From Azolla caroliniana (taxonomy: Eukaryota; Plantae; Polypodiophyta), in assembly GCA_043228905.1 (NCBI GenBank), contig JBHGNT010000022.1, positions 7,502,001 through 7,566,000 of the forward strand: a stretch of DNA of 64,000 nucleotides. Direction: 5' to 3'. The translations under genes and the position numbers were made by a program. Positions 1 to 13,020 of the stretch are shown piece by piece (position 1 is the first letter of the stretch; each line of letters opens with the position of its first letter). The notes beneath the pieces are model-generated. The model was not told the DNA's origin and made no database searches. It saw only the letters and a program-made list of their open reading frames with translations.

Positions 1-647
1 ACTTTCGGCGGTCTTGCTTTCTCCGTGGTGCTCGGTCCCGTCAAGTCGGTGTCATCAACCCATTGGCGACGCTTGTCGAGCCTATTGCATGCCCGCTTCA
101 CCGCGATCCAGTCTGCTACGAGCCCATTTGCTTGGGTATCATCTTCGAGAAGAGTCCCCAACTCCCGTCTATCCTTTATGTCCACGGCCTTCAAGAAGTA
201 CAAAGTCTTGTCCTCTTCAAGCAACACTTGGTCCGTATTGGGGAGACGACTAAACATCTGGTCGAATTCGTCGTACACCCTCGAGACGCTCATCTTCTTA
301 TTCTTCTTCTCTATCCACTTCATCAGGGCATGTCGAGTCATCCTCGTTGAGTCTTCAGTCACGAACTCCGCTAGTATCATTTTCTCGAACTCGGACCATG
401 TTATCTTACCTTCTTGAAGCTCGATGACGCGTCTTTGGATGTTGTTGGCGACAACTCTCTTGAAGCTTATGATTTGACGTGCCTCGGACACGTCCCTCTG
501 ATTCATCTCCCTTCTATATGCATCAAGGAACTTCGTAACGTTCCTTCCATCGAATTGGCCCTCGAGCTCTACGACACGATCGACAACCTTCTCCACGCTT
601 GCGTCGTTGTCTCGAGATCTCATCATTTGCTCGACAATTAGCATCAT
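1..647 (-). CDS. gag: gag-like capsid protein, partial (open to window edge, not in the ORF track)
   Basis: Hand translation MMLIVEQ...GQFDGRNVTKFLDAYRREM...TWSEFEK...EDKTLYFLKAVD...NGLVADW is stop-free and aligns by eye with the decayed gag at 55439-55950. Confidence 0.75.
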   Translation of the reverse strand, partial: MMLIVEQMMRSRDNDASVEKVVDRVVELEGQFDGRNVTKFLDAYRREMNQRDVSEARQIISFKRVVANNIQRRVIELQEGKITWSEFEKMILAEFVTEDSTRMTRHALMKWIEKKNKKMSVSRVYDEFDQMFSRLPNTDQVLLEEDKTLYFLKAVDIKDRRELGTLLEDDTQANGLVADWIAVKRACNRLDKRRQWVDDTDLTGPSTTEKARPPK

Positions 648-1819
648 CCTTTCGAGCTCTCCCGCTTGGTTGCTTGAGGACGCCATCTCCAAGTATTAAT
701 CTCGACTTGATCCTTCCTACCGCCTCTTTCACGACGGGTTCACCACTTAGTTATGTCGTGAAGATCCGTCACTACGCGTGGATCGTGAGGCGGAACCGCC
801 GGGGTTCTGGACCGGAAGGATTCAAAGTCAGTACAAGCTTTTCGCGCAAGCTATAGCGAGATATTACTTAAGATAGATTGGGAAAGAGAGAAGTTGAGAT
901 TCAACGATTGAGAGAGATTGATTGAACTTTTATCTTTAGATTTAAGAAACAAGTTACACGATCAGTTTGATAACGAATTTCTTCTTCTTAATTTCATAAC
1001 AAAAAAAAACATGTTTTTTCTCCTCCCCCTTCTTTCTTTTATAGATGCTCTCATGCATATGATGCATGTGAGGGTACAAGACATGCATAAAATGCATGCT
1101 TACCATTTGGCGCTCATGTATTACATGTGGTGCATGATAACCATGTCCCTCATTTCAGCTCTCATGTATGAGAATTTACACGTAAAAGTACAATGATAGA
1201 AATATAAATTTAACTAAATGGCATGGCTTAATGGTAAGCCAATTGACTCCTAACTCGGAGGTGCTTGTCCTCCTTGTATATGTATATATGTATATATATT
1301 TATATATTTATTTATCTAGTCACCGGACGCCGGTTCGGCGGATGCCGTCGCCGGTTGCCGCCGCCTCACCACTGGATTGCCGTCGGATGCCGGTGTCTCA
1401 CTGGCGCCGGATCATCGGCTCCATCGCCGGTCCGGTTTTGGTTGGCCAAAACCCTTTACGAGTAGCTAGCCCACCTCCACCCTTAGTTCAAGCTACCTTG
1501 AACTCTTTATGCTCTACACATAGACACAAAGATAATATCTTTTGCTCTACCTTATATATGATGAGAGCCGTATTTGTCGTGCCTATGTGGGATATCTCAC
1601 AATTTTCTCTTTTCCTTTCACAAACTTTATACCCTCATATCTTGACATTTAGTTGTTCGTTTCTCGTGTAATAAAGTGCATTCGAAACCTCCATCATTTT
1701 GTACTTAGATATAAAATTTATTTAAAATGTTATCTTCACAATTATTGTATTATGTGATTCATACCCGATTTTGTACGTTTTATGAGATTTTCACACTATT
1801 GCCGAAAATCTTCACGACA
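1..1819 (-). mobile_element. Ty3/gypsy LTR retrotransposon, 5' end (5' LTR 754-1819, tRNA-Trp PBS, start of gag); continues off the left edge; inserted into the RT of the Tcn1-like element
   Basis: The LTR has 12-bp inverted termini TGTCGTGAAGAT...ATCTTCACGACA. The PBS TGGTGAACCCGTCGTGAA (745-728) is complementary to the plant tRNA-Trp 3' end. The right flank CCGC lies in the RT codons FHTR of the host element. Confidence 0.85.
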
Positions 1820-3695
1820 CCGCGTGTGAAAGGCAGTCTTCCATTCATCTCCCGGTCGGATCCGCACGAGGTTATACTCTCCTCATAGATCGATTTTTGT
1901 AAAAAACTTGGCACCATTAACTCACTCTAAAAGACTTGATATAAGAGGAAGTGCATACCTATTCCGGATGGAGACGAAGTGAGCCATCTTTCTTCTTGAC
2001 AAAGAATATGGGTGCTCCATCCGGAGATTTCGAATGAAGAATAAACCCGCTTGCCAAGTTCTCCTCTATGTAGGCTCGAAGGACTTCTAACTCGGTGGGT
2101 GACAAGTTGTAGATTGGTCCCCATGGTGGCTCTGCTCCCGGTTGTAGATCGATGGGACAATCATAGGGACGATGATGAGGAAGAGTACTGGCTTTTACCT
2201 TGTCAAATACATCGGCATAAGGATGATATTTCGCCGGAAGTTGTACTAAAGATTCCTCCTTAATAGTGCTGGAAGGATGTACTGATATTGCAAATAGGAA
2301 GATTGGCTCCTTGTGTCCTTCTTCGCGTAATTGACGTAGTGAAATGGTCGAAACTCGATGAGTAGATTCTTGGGGTTGTCGATGTTGAACTTCTCTTGTT
2401 CTCCAATCTATGGTTGGATTATGTAATTCAAACCAAGGTAATCCTAGGACAATGGGATGCTCTAGACTACTAATTATATTAAATGCTACTACACACACAA
2501 AACTACCTAGGACAACTTGAATGGGTTCTGACTCTTCTACAATATTCCCGGAAGCAATGGGACGACCATCAATGACTACTACAGATGCAGGGCAAGGAAG
2601 TTTTCTTAAGGATATCTGAGAAGCTTGGGCAAAATTTCGATCCATCTCACAATTTTCTCTTTTCCTTTCACAAACTTTATACCCTCATATCTTGACATTT
2701 AGTTGTTCGTTTCTCGTGTAATAAAGTGCATTCGAAACCTCCATCATTTTGTACTTAGATATAAAATTTATTTAAAATGTTATCTTCACAATTATTGTAT
2801 TATGTGATTCATACCCGATTTTGTACGTTTTATGAGATTTTCACACTATTGCCGAAAATCTTCACGACACCGCGTGTGAAAGGCAGTCTTCCATTCATCT
2901 CCCGGTCGGATCCGCACGAGGTTATACTCTCCTCATAGATCGATTTTTGTAAAAAACTTGGCACCATTAACTCACTCTAAAAGACTTGATATAAGAGGAA
3001 GTGCATACCTATTCCGGATGGAGACGAAGTGAGCCATCTTTCTTCTTGACAAAGAATATGGGTGCTCCATCCGGAGATTTCGAATGAAGAATAAACCCGC
3101 TTGCCAAGTTCTCCTCTATGTAGGCTCGAAGGACTTCTAACTCGGTGGGTGACAAGTTGTAGATTGGTCCCCATGGTGGCTCTGCTCCCGGTTGTAGATC
3201 GATGGGACAATCATAGGGACGATGATGAGGAAGAGTACTGGCTTTTACCTTGTCAAATACATCGGCATAAGGATGATATTTCGCCGGAAGTTGTACTAAA
3301 GATTCCTCCTTAATAGTGCTGGAAGGATGTACTGATATTGCAAATAGGAAGATTGGCTCCTTGTGTCCTTCTTCGCGTAATTGACGTAGTGAAATGGTCG
3401 AAACTCGATGAGTAGATTCTTGGGGTTGTCGATGTTGAACTTCTCTTGTTCTCCAATCTATGGTTGGATTATGTAATTCAAACCAAGGTAATCCTAGGAC
3501 AATGGGATGCTCTAGACTACTAATTATATTAAATGCTACTACACACACAAAACTACCTAGGACAACTTGAATGGGTTCTGACTCTTCTACAATATTCCCG
3601 GAAGCAATGGGACGACCATCAATGACTACTACAGATGCAGGGCAAGGAAGTTTTCTTAAGGATATCTGAGAAGCTTGGGCAAAATTTCGATCCAT
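1594..3695. repeat. Tandem duplication, 1050-bp unit (1594-2645 / 2644-3695)
   Basis: No differences were seen between the copies at offset 1050. The junction has a 2-bp AT microhomology, and the ORF track shows identical ORFs at both positions. Confidence 0.95.
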
Positions 3696-3887
3696 GAAAC
3701 AGGAATTAGCTCCGGAATCTAGAAGTGCTAGGACATGTACTGGGGGAGTACTTTTAGTACTAACCATGACTTGGGCTAGGAACACATTGCTAACTTGCTT
3801 GGAGGGAATGGAACCACTAATGGGTTGTACAGATCTAGGGTTGTCCAACGAAACGGCTCCTATTTTGGCTGGACTCAATCGTTTAAC
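2870..3887 (-). pseudogene. pol: pol (aspartic protease plus N-terminal RT) of the Tcn1-like element
   Basis: DSGA protease motif and RT motifs, with a small internal deletion, stops, and truncation by the inserted LTR. Confidence 0.9.
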
Positions 3888-4861
3888 TCTTCATCTAATT
3901 GACTAAGGATTTCAAATTTGTTTGAGATACTTGGGCTATTAGTACTATTAATATAATCAAACACTCTATTAGTACTATTAATACTATCAGCCACTCCTAA
4001 GGGAAGAATTGACTCGGGTTTAGTACAAGCTATGATTTGATTTACCTGTCTTCTTGGCCTATGGGGACAATTGATTGCGATATACCCTGGTCCACCGCAA
4101 TAAAGACATAATCGATTTGCACGTCGTCGTTGCTTTTCTTCTTTCGATAACGGGCCACGTCGACGCATGGTATCGATCTCCATCGATGTTAGAGTATTTG
4201 CTTGAGGTATGTCTCATGCAAATAGTTTAGCTGCGATTGAGGCGTAAATGGGCTACGGCCTAGAGTGTGGTATCTGTAATTGACGTTCCGAACGCCGTTC
4301 GAAAAGGTGGTTGTCACATCGGACCGCTCGACTGATTGCCTCCGTAACAGACTTTGGTTCTTCGGGGAATGTTAGAAGTAGATCTTTGACATCGTTTCAC
4401 AGGCCGTAGCGAAATTGCTCCATTAGTGCCTGATCATCCCAGGGGATATCTGAAGCGAGTAGGCGGAAATCCGCCGCGTAGACAGAGGCTGGACGATCGC
4501 CTTGATGCAATCGTCGGATCTTGTTGATCGCCGTCCGGATGCTGTTTGTATCTCCATAACAAGCTTTAAACTCACTAATAAAGTCTTCAAAGTTATTCAG
4601 TAAGGGCGACTGTTTTTCCAGAAGCGGAGCAAACCATGCCAAGGCTGAGCCACTAAGCAACGTGCCTATTAGGCCGACTTGGGATGCATCAATGGGGTAT
4701 CGAGAAGGATGCATTTGAATGACTAAGCATACCTGATTGAGGAATCCCCTAAATTGCGATCGCATTCCATCAAATTTCATGGGAAGTTCAATCTTGTGCT
4801 CTTTATGAAATCCGTGGGGACTTGATCCTTGTTGTTGCAACGCTGCTTCGAGTTGTTGCAC
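3875..4861 (-). pseudogene. gag: gag of the Tcn1-like element (frameshifts and stops)
   Basis: ORFs 4397-4861 and 3875-4183 carry a retrotransposon gag core and a zinc knuckle. Confidence 0.85.
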
Positions 4862-5527
4862 ACGTAACGGTAACTCCCCATGTTGTTGCTGCGTTTGCTA
4901 TTTTTCTAGGGCGATTTGTTGAAGATCCCCTAACAACCGTTGGTTTTCTTGTTCCAAGGCAACAAATTTTTCTTTTAGACATTGTAGCTCGGAGAAAACG
5001 GATTGGTATTCTTGGGCGCTAATAGAAGCCATTGTATAGGAAAAGGATAAGAGGATGAGGGAAACCAAAAGAAAGACTAGAGAGGAAGCAAATTGGTTCA
5101 AACTGTCAGGAATAATACTAAAACAGACAGAGAATTAGTACTAGAGAAGGGAAGTACTATTAGTACTAAGAGAACGGGACTGCGTAAGACTCCTGAGATG
5201 GAGGAAAGAGAAGAGAAGAGAGAGAGAGAGATGATGATAACAGATGATATATTATAGGAAGAGTAAGTACAAGATGGCTATGAGGCTTAAGACTAGCGTT
5301 GAACCAATTTGGTTCAACATAATGCCTAGTGCCTTCTTTTATAGTGTTCTCAGGAGTAATCCTGAAGCTTCTAGAATGTTCCAGAGAAATCTGGAATATA
5401 CATTAATTTCCTATAATAAAACTTAAATGAAAATAATATCCTACATATTACAATAGATGGTATAATGGTCAAGAGCTCGACCCATATAACATAAGGTCAT
5501 GGGTTCGAGTCTTGCCATATCATGACA

Positions 5528-8500
5528 ACCACAATGTTTCTGAATCTTGGTCAATCAAGAGGAAAGACAGTGTTCGGCGATCCAAGCAGAATCGAGGACG
5601 ACCTAAATCAGACCACTCTCTAGTTGGCAACCAAATCAATGTTGCTGACTCCCGATCAGGAGAAGTTCTCTCCTTAGATGACTCAATGATCGGAGAAGTC
5701 CTATACTATGCATAAGATGCACACACGTGGCTATTGGATTCCGGTGCCATGTTCCATGTGACCCCCAACATCGAATGGTTTTCAAACTATTCAGCCAACG
5801 CTAGTGGCACAATCTAACTAGGAAACGGACAGGAGTGCAGAAAAGCAGGGACCGGAGAGGTTCCCATCCGATTGCCCAATGGCAACACAATGAACCTGCA
5901 CCGAGTTCAACATGTACCCGATCTGAAAAGGAGTCTAGTCTCCATCGGCATGCTAGCCGAAGACGGGTATCGAATGACTCTTAGTGAGTCAACATGGATG
6001 ATCAGCCGAGGAAACCTCAAAATCGGGAGTGGGCACAAGTACAACAACATGTACCCATTAATGGTGATCAATCTAGAAGGGGCCTTGAACGTAGCCGAAA
6101 AGACCGACCCAAACTTATGGCATGGCCGACTCGGTCACATGTCTCAAGCCGGACTTGATCGGTTGATGGCGGTAGTCTACATCCCAAAACTCCAAACGAA
6201 GACGGACTTCTGCGCGCATTGTCGATACGGGAAACAAACTGGAAGTACACACACTCTCTACTACGAGACTGTACAAAAGCCCCCAGAGCTCGTGCACAAA
6301 GATATATGTGGGCCCATGCCAGAGCAATCGCTAGGAGGCTCCCAGTACTTCATCACCTTTGTAGATGACTGTACATGGAAGGTCTGGGCCTACTCGATCA
6401 GGTCCAAAGACGAAGCGCTCGAGGTCTTCACTCGGTGGACATCCAAAGTGGAGAACCGGTTGGGACACAAAGTGAAGACACTCAGATTTGACAATGGCGG
6501 TGAGTACACCTACAGAGCCTTCCAATAGTACCTGTCCAACAAAGGGATCCAACATCAAAAGACAATTCCCTACACACCCATGCAAAATGGAGTGGCAGAA
6601 CGGATCAACAAAATAATCCAGGAGAGGGTGGGCAATGCTTTAGCAAGCCAGACTGAAGCTGGAATTCTGGGCAGAAGCTTTGCAGACGGCAGTATACCTG
6701 ATAAATTTGGCGCTGTCAAGAGCAATCAGGCTCGAAGTGCCACAGGCAATATGGTCAGGCAAACTGATGACCTACGATAGGCTCCGTATATTCGGATGTG
6801 AAGCCTACACATTCATCCCTAGGGATAAAAGGACAAAATTGGCACCCCATGCAACGAAATGCATATTTCTCGGTTATGGAACCGATGGGGAATTTGGTTA
6901 TAGGCTATGGGACCTTGAGAACCGGTTAACTGATCCGGAGCAGTGATGTAGTCTTCAATGAAGACTCTATCTTCTATTAGCAGAACCAGTAGAGAATAGT
7001 TGGTAATAAGGTATCCTTCGAAGACGATAGAGTTGTCATAGAAGAACCAACCCACCAAGCCGAATCAGAGATTTGACAAACAGTCGAACTCGAACAAGCC
7101 GACAATATACGTGTCAACTCCGAATAGGCAACAAGCCCAATTGTCGCACTCAAAGACAAACTCATCAAAGACACAGCTGAATAGACAAGAGTTTAAAAAG
7201 GCACAGTCAATAAGATGCAAGTCCAAGATAGAATCGAGCCGAAAAAGCTCACAAGGGAGAACGGTACGACACCGCTAAAGTCCCAACATGGGTGCAGGTC
7301 ACCTAACAAGACTCCTAACACAAATGGTTCAACAAACACCGATCGACCAACAGAGTTGATCGAAGAATACGAACCACTTATCTCAGCACCCAAGAGATCT
7401 AGACGAGCTTAAAGTCCAATAGAGTTTTTTCAATCGGGCCTTCACTACGTCAACTACACCGATGCAAGCGAACCAAGCACTTATGAAGAAGCTATAGCCG
7501 CAACAGATGCCGACACATGGCTACAAACCATGAAATCTGAAATGGACTCGATTCGCAAGAATCAGACATGGGAGTTGGTTAAACTACTAGCTAGAAAGAA
7601 GCCGCTACCCTGCAAATGGGTATTCCGATGCAAATATGTATCAGAATCAGAAAAACCCAAGTACAAAGCTCGGCTCGTCGCGAAGGGATTCAAACAAGAA
7701 TACGGGGTTGACTACGATGAGATATTCTCACCAGTAGTGAAGATGACCACATTCCGACTCCCACTAGGTTTTGTTGCGACAGAAGATTTACAGCTCGAGC
7801 AGATGGACATAAAGACGACATTCCTACATAGAGATCTGGAAGAAGACATCTATATGTCTCAATCAGCAGGCTTCACGGCGACAGGGGAGGAGAGTCACCT
7901 CGTATGTCGGTTAAAGAAAAGTCTATATGGCTTGAAACAAGCGCCGAGGATGTGGTACCAGAAGTTTGACTCCTACATCAAGCAGCTTGGATATCGTCGA
8001 TCTCACTCCGACCCATGTATGTACTACAATTGGCAACTGGCCGACGAGTCTAGGATTTATCTGATCCTATACGTCGACGACATGCTAATTGCGGGAAGCA
8101 ATCAAGCAGAGATCGGAAAGCTAAAGAGGAGCCTTCATGACAAGTTCGTGAGGAAGGAACTCGGACAAGCCCGTCACATACTAGGTATGAGGATCGAGCG
8201 AAATAGGATGACCAAGACTCTCCGACTCTCCTAGTCTGACTATATCCGGAAGGTGCTGAAGCGCTTCAATATGGAGAATGTGAAGCCAGCACCAACACCG
8301 CTTCAGACATCGATCAGACTATCGGATAGAGCTTAATGGAAGGACGCCCTACGCATGGGCCGTAGGAAGTATCATGTACGCAATGGTGGCGACCCGACCC
8401 AACCTAGCCCATGCCATAGGGATGGTCAGCTGGTACATGTCAAACCCAGGACGGAAGCATTGGGAAGTTGTCAAGCACATCCTTAGGTATCTGAAAGGAA

Positions 8501-9534
8501 CCATGGATGCACAACTGACAATTGAACTGACAACCTCAGCCAAAGTCAAAGGCTACACCGATTCTGACTATTTTGAGAACACGGACAATCAGAAATCGAC
8601 ATCAGGTTACATCTTCACCTATGGTGGGGGTGCGATATCATGGAGGTCGAAACTTCAAGAGTGCACGGCTTTGTCGACCATAGAAGCTGAGTACATAGCA
8701 TCATTGGAGGCAGCGAAGGAAGCGATCTAGCTGCATCGACTGTCTACCGACTTCTCAGCTATAAGCCAAACCGACTGACCTGCGCCAACCATCTTTTGCG
8801 ACTCATAGAGCGTAATACACCTCATCAAAAATCCTATCTATCATGCAAAGACAAAGCACATTGAGGTGCGATATTATCACATCCGGGAGCGCACAACTAA
8901 GAAGAAGCTCGAGATACGGACAATTGACACTGAGGTGAACATCGCCAATTGCCTAACAAAGGCACTCCCAAATCAATGCTTCGGAGCACCAAGGACAAAG
9001 GTGGAACTACGACAAGTGACTGAGTAGAAGAAAGCCGAACGAGGAGCAGAATGTAAGAGTTGACCGAATCAGTCATAATAATGAGCCATACTAGGCTCGA
9101 CACGAACCTCACCTATGCCGACTCGACTATATGCTGACCAACTTGTAACATAAATTTAGATTAGTGTCATAATCTAGATTTACGGGGGAGACAACCCCAA
9201 AACTTTTCTATACATAAGAAAGAGTAGTCCTTTTACGGGGGAGTTTGTTGGCATAAAATGCCGATTCCTTCCACTTTGTATCCTATTGTGAACTCGTCCA
9301 CATAGTTAGGGCTTAGTATATATAAGCAATAACCTAACGTTGTAAAGGGACAATCTTCTTGATCATATATTGTATGTCGAGTCTCTGCAAAAGAGAGAGA
9401 GATAGAGAACGTAATAGAGCTTCCATTAAAGCTTCAATCTGTGTATATCTTTGCTTCTCTTTCTGTGTTGTTTTCTCAGTACAAACTGAGACAGATCCTC
9501 ACACGTTTCCGCATACACTTACGCTTCAGTTACA
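5528..9534 (+). mobile_element. Decayed Ty1/copia element (late gag, PR, IN, RT, RNase H, PPT, 3' LTR from 9246; right end approximate)
   Basis: Motifs WLLDSGA, LWHGRLGH, DNGGEY, KARLVAKGF, LYGLKQAPR, YVDDMLIAG and STIEAEY, with many stops and frameshifts. PPT TACGGGGGAG precedes TGTTGG at 9246. Confidence 0.9.
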
Positions 9535-9720
9535 AAGTAATGGCTTCCTCCGATGTGCATGTTCTATGCCGGTCCCCATATTACATCCAAATCGATCAAA
9601 TCAAGCCAATTCTAGCTCCAATTTCGCTCGTTGGGGAATGGAAGCCAGTGTTGCTTCCCCAACTAGCAAGCTTCACAGACATGGCCATTTCGACCATTGA
9701 ATTTCGGCAACCCGAAAAAT

Positions 9721-12700
9721 AACACCGGGTCATTTAGAACAGGTAATATGTCGCATTCCTTTATTGATAAATACATGAGATGTCAAGAATTACAATATTT
9801 TAACAAACTTTCAAGAATGTATCACACATGCGCAAATGACTTTTAAAAACACAGTTAATATTATCAAGATTTCAAATTTAACCTATATTTTCTCAATTCA
9901 TACACATATTTAGCCAGACATTCGCTTGGATTACGAGAATGCTTTTGTCTATAGTCATTATCATTGTCTATCCACTTCATTGAGTTCCTGTTGAAAGGGA
10001 TACACCTCGATTATGGAAGCAAAAAATGAATAAAACAAAAAAGAATCTTTAAGGAATCTTTTTGGAATCTAAAATGTTGGGTTGGAAAACATACTTGACC
10101 AGGGAGGCGAAAACTCGACGATTTTGGTTGCTAAGTGCTCCTGTGCTCTTCTTCTGCTTGAACATGATAATGAGAAATAGAAGATGACTTCCCTTTATAT
10201 AATTTTATTTTGTATTTTCATAAATATTTTTAATTATTTAAAAAAATAATTTAATATGTTTATGGACATGGTGCTTATTATAGAACCAAGCTTGTGCCTA
10301 TTTTGGACATTGTTGATGTTACTTAGCCTTGAGCAAAATGTCCTCAACACCGAGTGAAAATTCTTTGTTTTCAATTGAGCATGTTATATTATCTGATAAC
10401 TCTTTATTCTCAATCGAGGAATATAGCCATGTTAATAATAAAAGGTGCCATGTTAAGACCAACGATGATCAAGACCAAAGCTTGACGTCAATTTTTTCGA
10501 TAGAGCCATTAAACTTAGGTAAAACAAGATATATTAAAGTAGATACAACTCATGTCAAGTCTAGTTTATCAAATGCTAACGAAGACCGTGTCAATAAGCC
10601 TCTAAATTTTCAAAGAGTTCCTCGACAAGTGTGTAAACGATATAATTTTTTGTGTTCGGATCGACAAATTTCAATTGGCATATGCAAGGTATGTTGTGGG
10701 AGCCTTTGTCTATCAAAATTTGGAAAGGAAAACTTGCGGGGGTTACGACAAAAGTATTTGTCTCTTAATGGCGACGAACAAGATACATTCTTGATTGCCA
10801 ATATGCAACTTGTTAAGGACCATATAGCAGTGTCGTGTTCTAAGTAGGTGGAATATCACCTTTCACTTAATACGAAGAGTAGTCGAGTTGCTTTTAAGAT
10901 TGCTTATAGCATCGGGATCATGAGGCTACAGAGAATTCAACATCGATTACTAAAGGGGTGGTGGGTGCCTTTCAACAATACAGAATTTTCATGTAAGGGC
11001 CTGATTGGGCGACATGTTAGATGGATGGAGATTTATTTCTCGAAGCAATGTGATGTTATGCCCACCACTGGAAGGTTACATTTTTCAGATAACCTCACTC
11101 GTCGTGAGGTATACCAACCCTATAAGGATGACATGTTATTGGAAAGTGTACCTTATATACAATATCCGCATTTTAATTGTTTATGGAGATCGAAATTTAA
11201 CAATGTGGTCATACCCTGCAAGGTCCGAATGGGTGTTTGTTCGATCTGCGCGAATTTAAAAATATTGGCAAAGAGTGGGACAACAGATGAAGAAATAACA
11301 AAATATAAGACATTATTGAGAGAGCATCGAGAAAGCCAAGCGTTGGAAAGATCTAATGCTATGCACCATCGTCAAAAAGCACTTCAATCGCCAGAAAGAT
11401 ACATGTGCTTGATTATAGATGGGATGGATTAGAAGAAAACTTGTTTGCCACATTTTCGAAGGTTGCCCAAGGATATTGGAGATGAATGCCTAGTGCAGAT
11501 GCACTTAGTAGGATGTCTTTTGTATTGTCAGACAATAAGGCCTCAAGTGTTCTTAACTTATCCATATATCCACAACGACCCTAATCTTACAGTTACAATC
11601 ATGCAAAGAGTTCTGCAGAGTTGGCAAGGTTTACTCCCACCAGTACTATATGTGCAACTTGACAACACGGTGAGAGAAAACAAGAACTCAACTGTGTTTG
11701 GTTACCTAAGCATGTTAGTAGACAAGGGTATTTTCAAAAAGATTAAGGTCAACTTCTTGCTAGTTGGTCATACACATGATCACATAGATCAAATGTTTAG
11801 TAGGTTCTCCAAGAAATTAGCGAGGTGCGATGCCTTCACACTTCTTGTGCTATCAAGGTTGATCGTTGAAGCTTATAACCCCAAGCCAGATGTGCAACAT
11901 TTAGATGAAGTATATGATTTGAAGAGCTTTTGTTTGGATGGGGATGGGACTGAATGTAGGGTTCTTGCTCCGCTTAATAATATAAGTTTTAACCACGTCT
12001 TCCTCATCCAAAAAAGTGTGGTCAGTCACAACCAGACCATGTTGTATGCTAAACAATACTCATCTAGTTCGCAATGGGAGCCACAAGACGGATGTAGGCT
12101 CTTATTGCATTTCCCAGATGCAATAATCTATGGCGCTGAGCAAATGCCCTATGACGACCATAAAAGATTGGTTGTTGGTAGTTCAATTGAAGAGTGAAAG
12201 ATATATTGGATGTGGTGCCTTGAGGAAAAATAGAAAAATATTGAGCGAACCAAAAAGTACGCTGGTGATCAGGATGTGGATTGGTGGGATGTCTTCTTTA
12301 ATCATCAATGTACAATATTAGATAACCACTTTACAGGGTACTGGCCACTACAAAATCAATTTGAATGGGCACTTGGTGGACCATCAATGCCAAGCACGAC
12401 TCCTTTACAAGCACTAGATAATCCTGCATTGAATAATCTAGTTCGTCCACAACAAAGAGATATTTACGTGGGACCAAGATTATCATATGCTGCAAAGGCG
12501 AGGTGGCAAGGCAATCTACATGAGCTAGAAGTTGGTATGTTGGTTGCAACATTAGCTGGGGGTGATAAGTTGGGCCATCCCTTCTGGATTGCCAAAATCA
12601 TTGAAATTATTAAGGATGATGAAGGCAATCAAGTAAAGTCTATTATGGTTCATTGGTATGATACCTCTTCCAAAGATGCATTTATTGGGAAGTAATCTTT

Positions 12701-13020
12701 AGAGATGGTTAAGGATGTTGAAGGCACAAGTAGAAAGAGAAGAAGAAAGAATCCACCAAGCACATCTACTCTACCACTTGATAATGTCGACATACTCATG
12801 TATGACTTCTCCTTGACCAAAACAAGCCATCTAAGACAGACTACAATCAAGATAATAAAAGAGAAGATCCCATATGTGCATGTTGACGCAGCACAGAGAC
12901 GAACAAGGAGTATGTCTCATAATCACGGTGACCTTGGATTGCAATTGGATGAAGACAATGCATTGGTTGCTAGTGATGATGAGGATGAGACCTCACAAAG
13001 CTCTTCTAGTTCACAAAGCC
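9721..13020 (+). mobile_element. Sola-like (DUF7869-type) cut-and-paste DNA transposon, left TIR intact, right end deleted
   Basis: Starts AACACCGGGTCATTTAGAACAGGTAATATGTCGCATT, nearly identical to the TIRs of the element at 26579-29582. It is preceded by AAAT and fused at about 13021 to a copia gag remnant. Confidence 0.8.
10338..13020 (+). pseudogene. DDD-type transposase, about 890 codons, broken by in-frame stops
   Basis: Five ORFs (10329, 10848, 11445, 12276, 12705) share one frame. Motifs include CSIC, IIDGMD*KKT, VQLDNTVRENKN and LLVGHTHDHIDQMFS, plus a C-terminal VGMLVA..HPFWIAKI..VHWY beta-rich module. Confidence 0.85.

Larger units (their letters stand above)
1820..5527 (-). mobile_element. 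Tcn1/Tf1-sushi-type chromovirus (Ty3/gypsy), decayed; 5' LTR 5104-5527, gag, protease, N-terminal RT (PR-RT part duplicated)
   Basis: LTR TGTCA...TGACA. Gag LPMKFDG..FRGFLNQ..LLSGSALAW with knuckle CLYCGGPGYIAINC. Protease LLDSGA. RT PIYNLSPTE...APIFFVKKKDGSLRL continues into RNRYALPLI..KIDL..YNLVRIRPGDEWKTAFHTR. Confidence 0.9.

Noticed and set aside
5450-5520. Functional tRNA gene (also 13612-13680)
   Set aside because: A/B-box-like motifs are present, but the acceptor and anticodon stems do not pair convincingly, and both lie inside LTRs.
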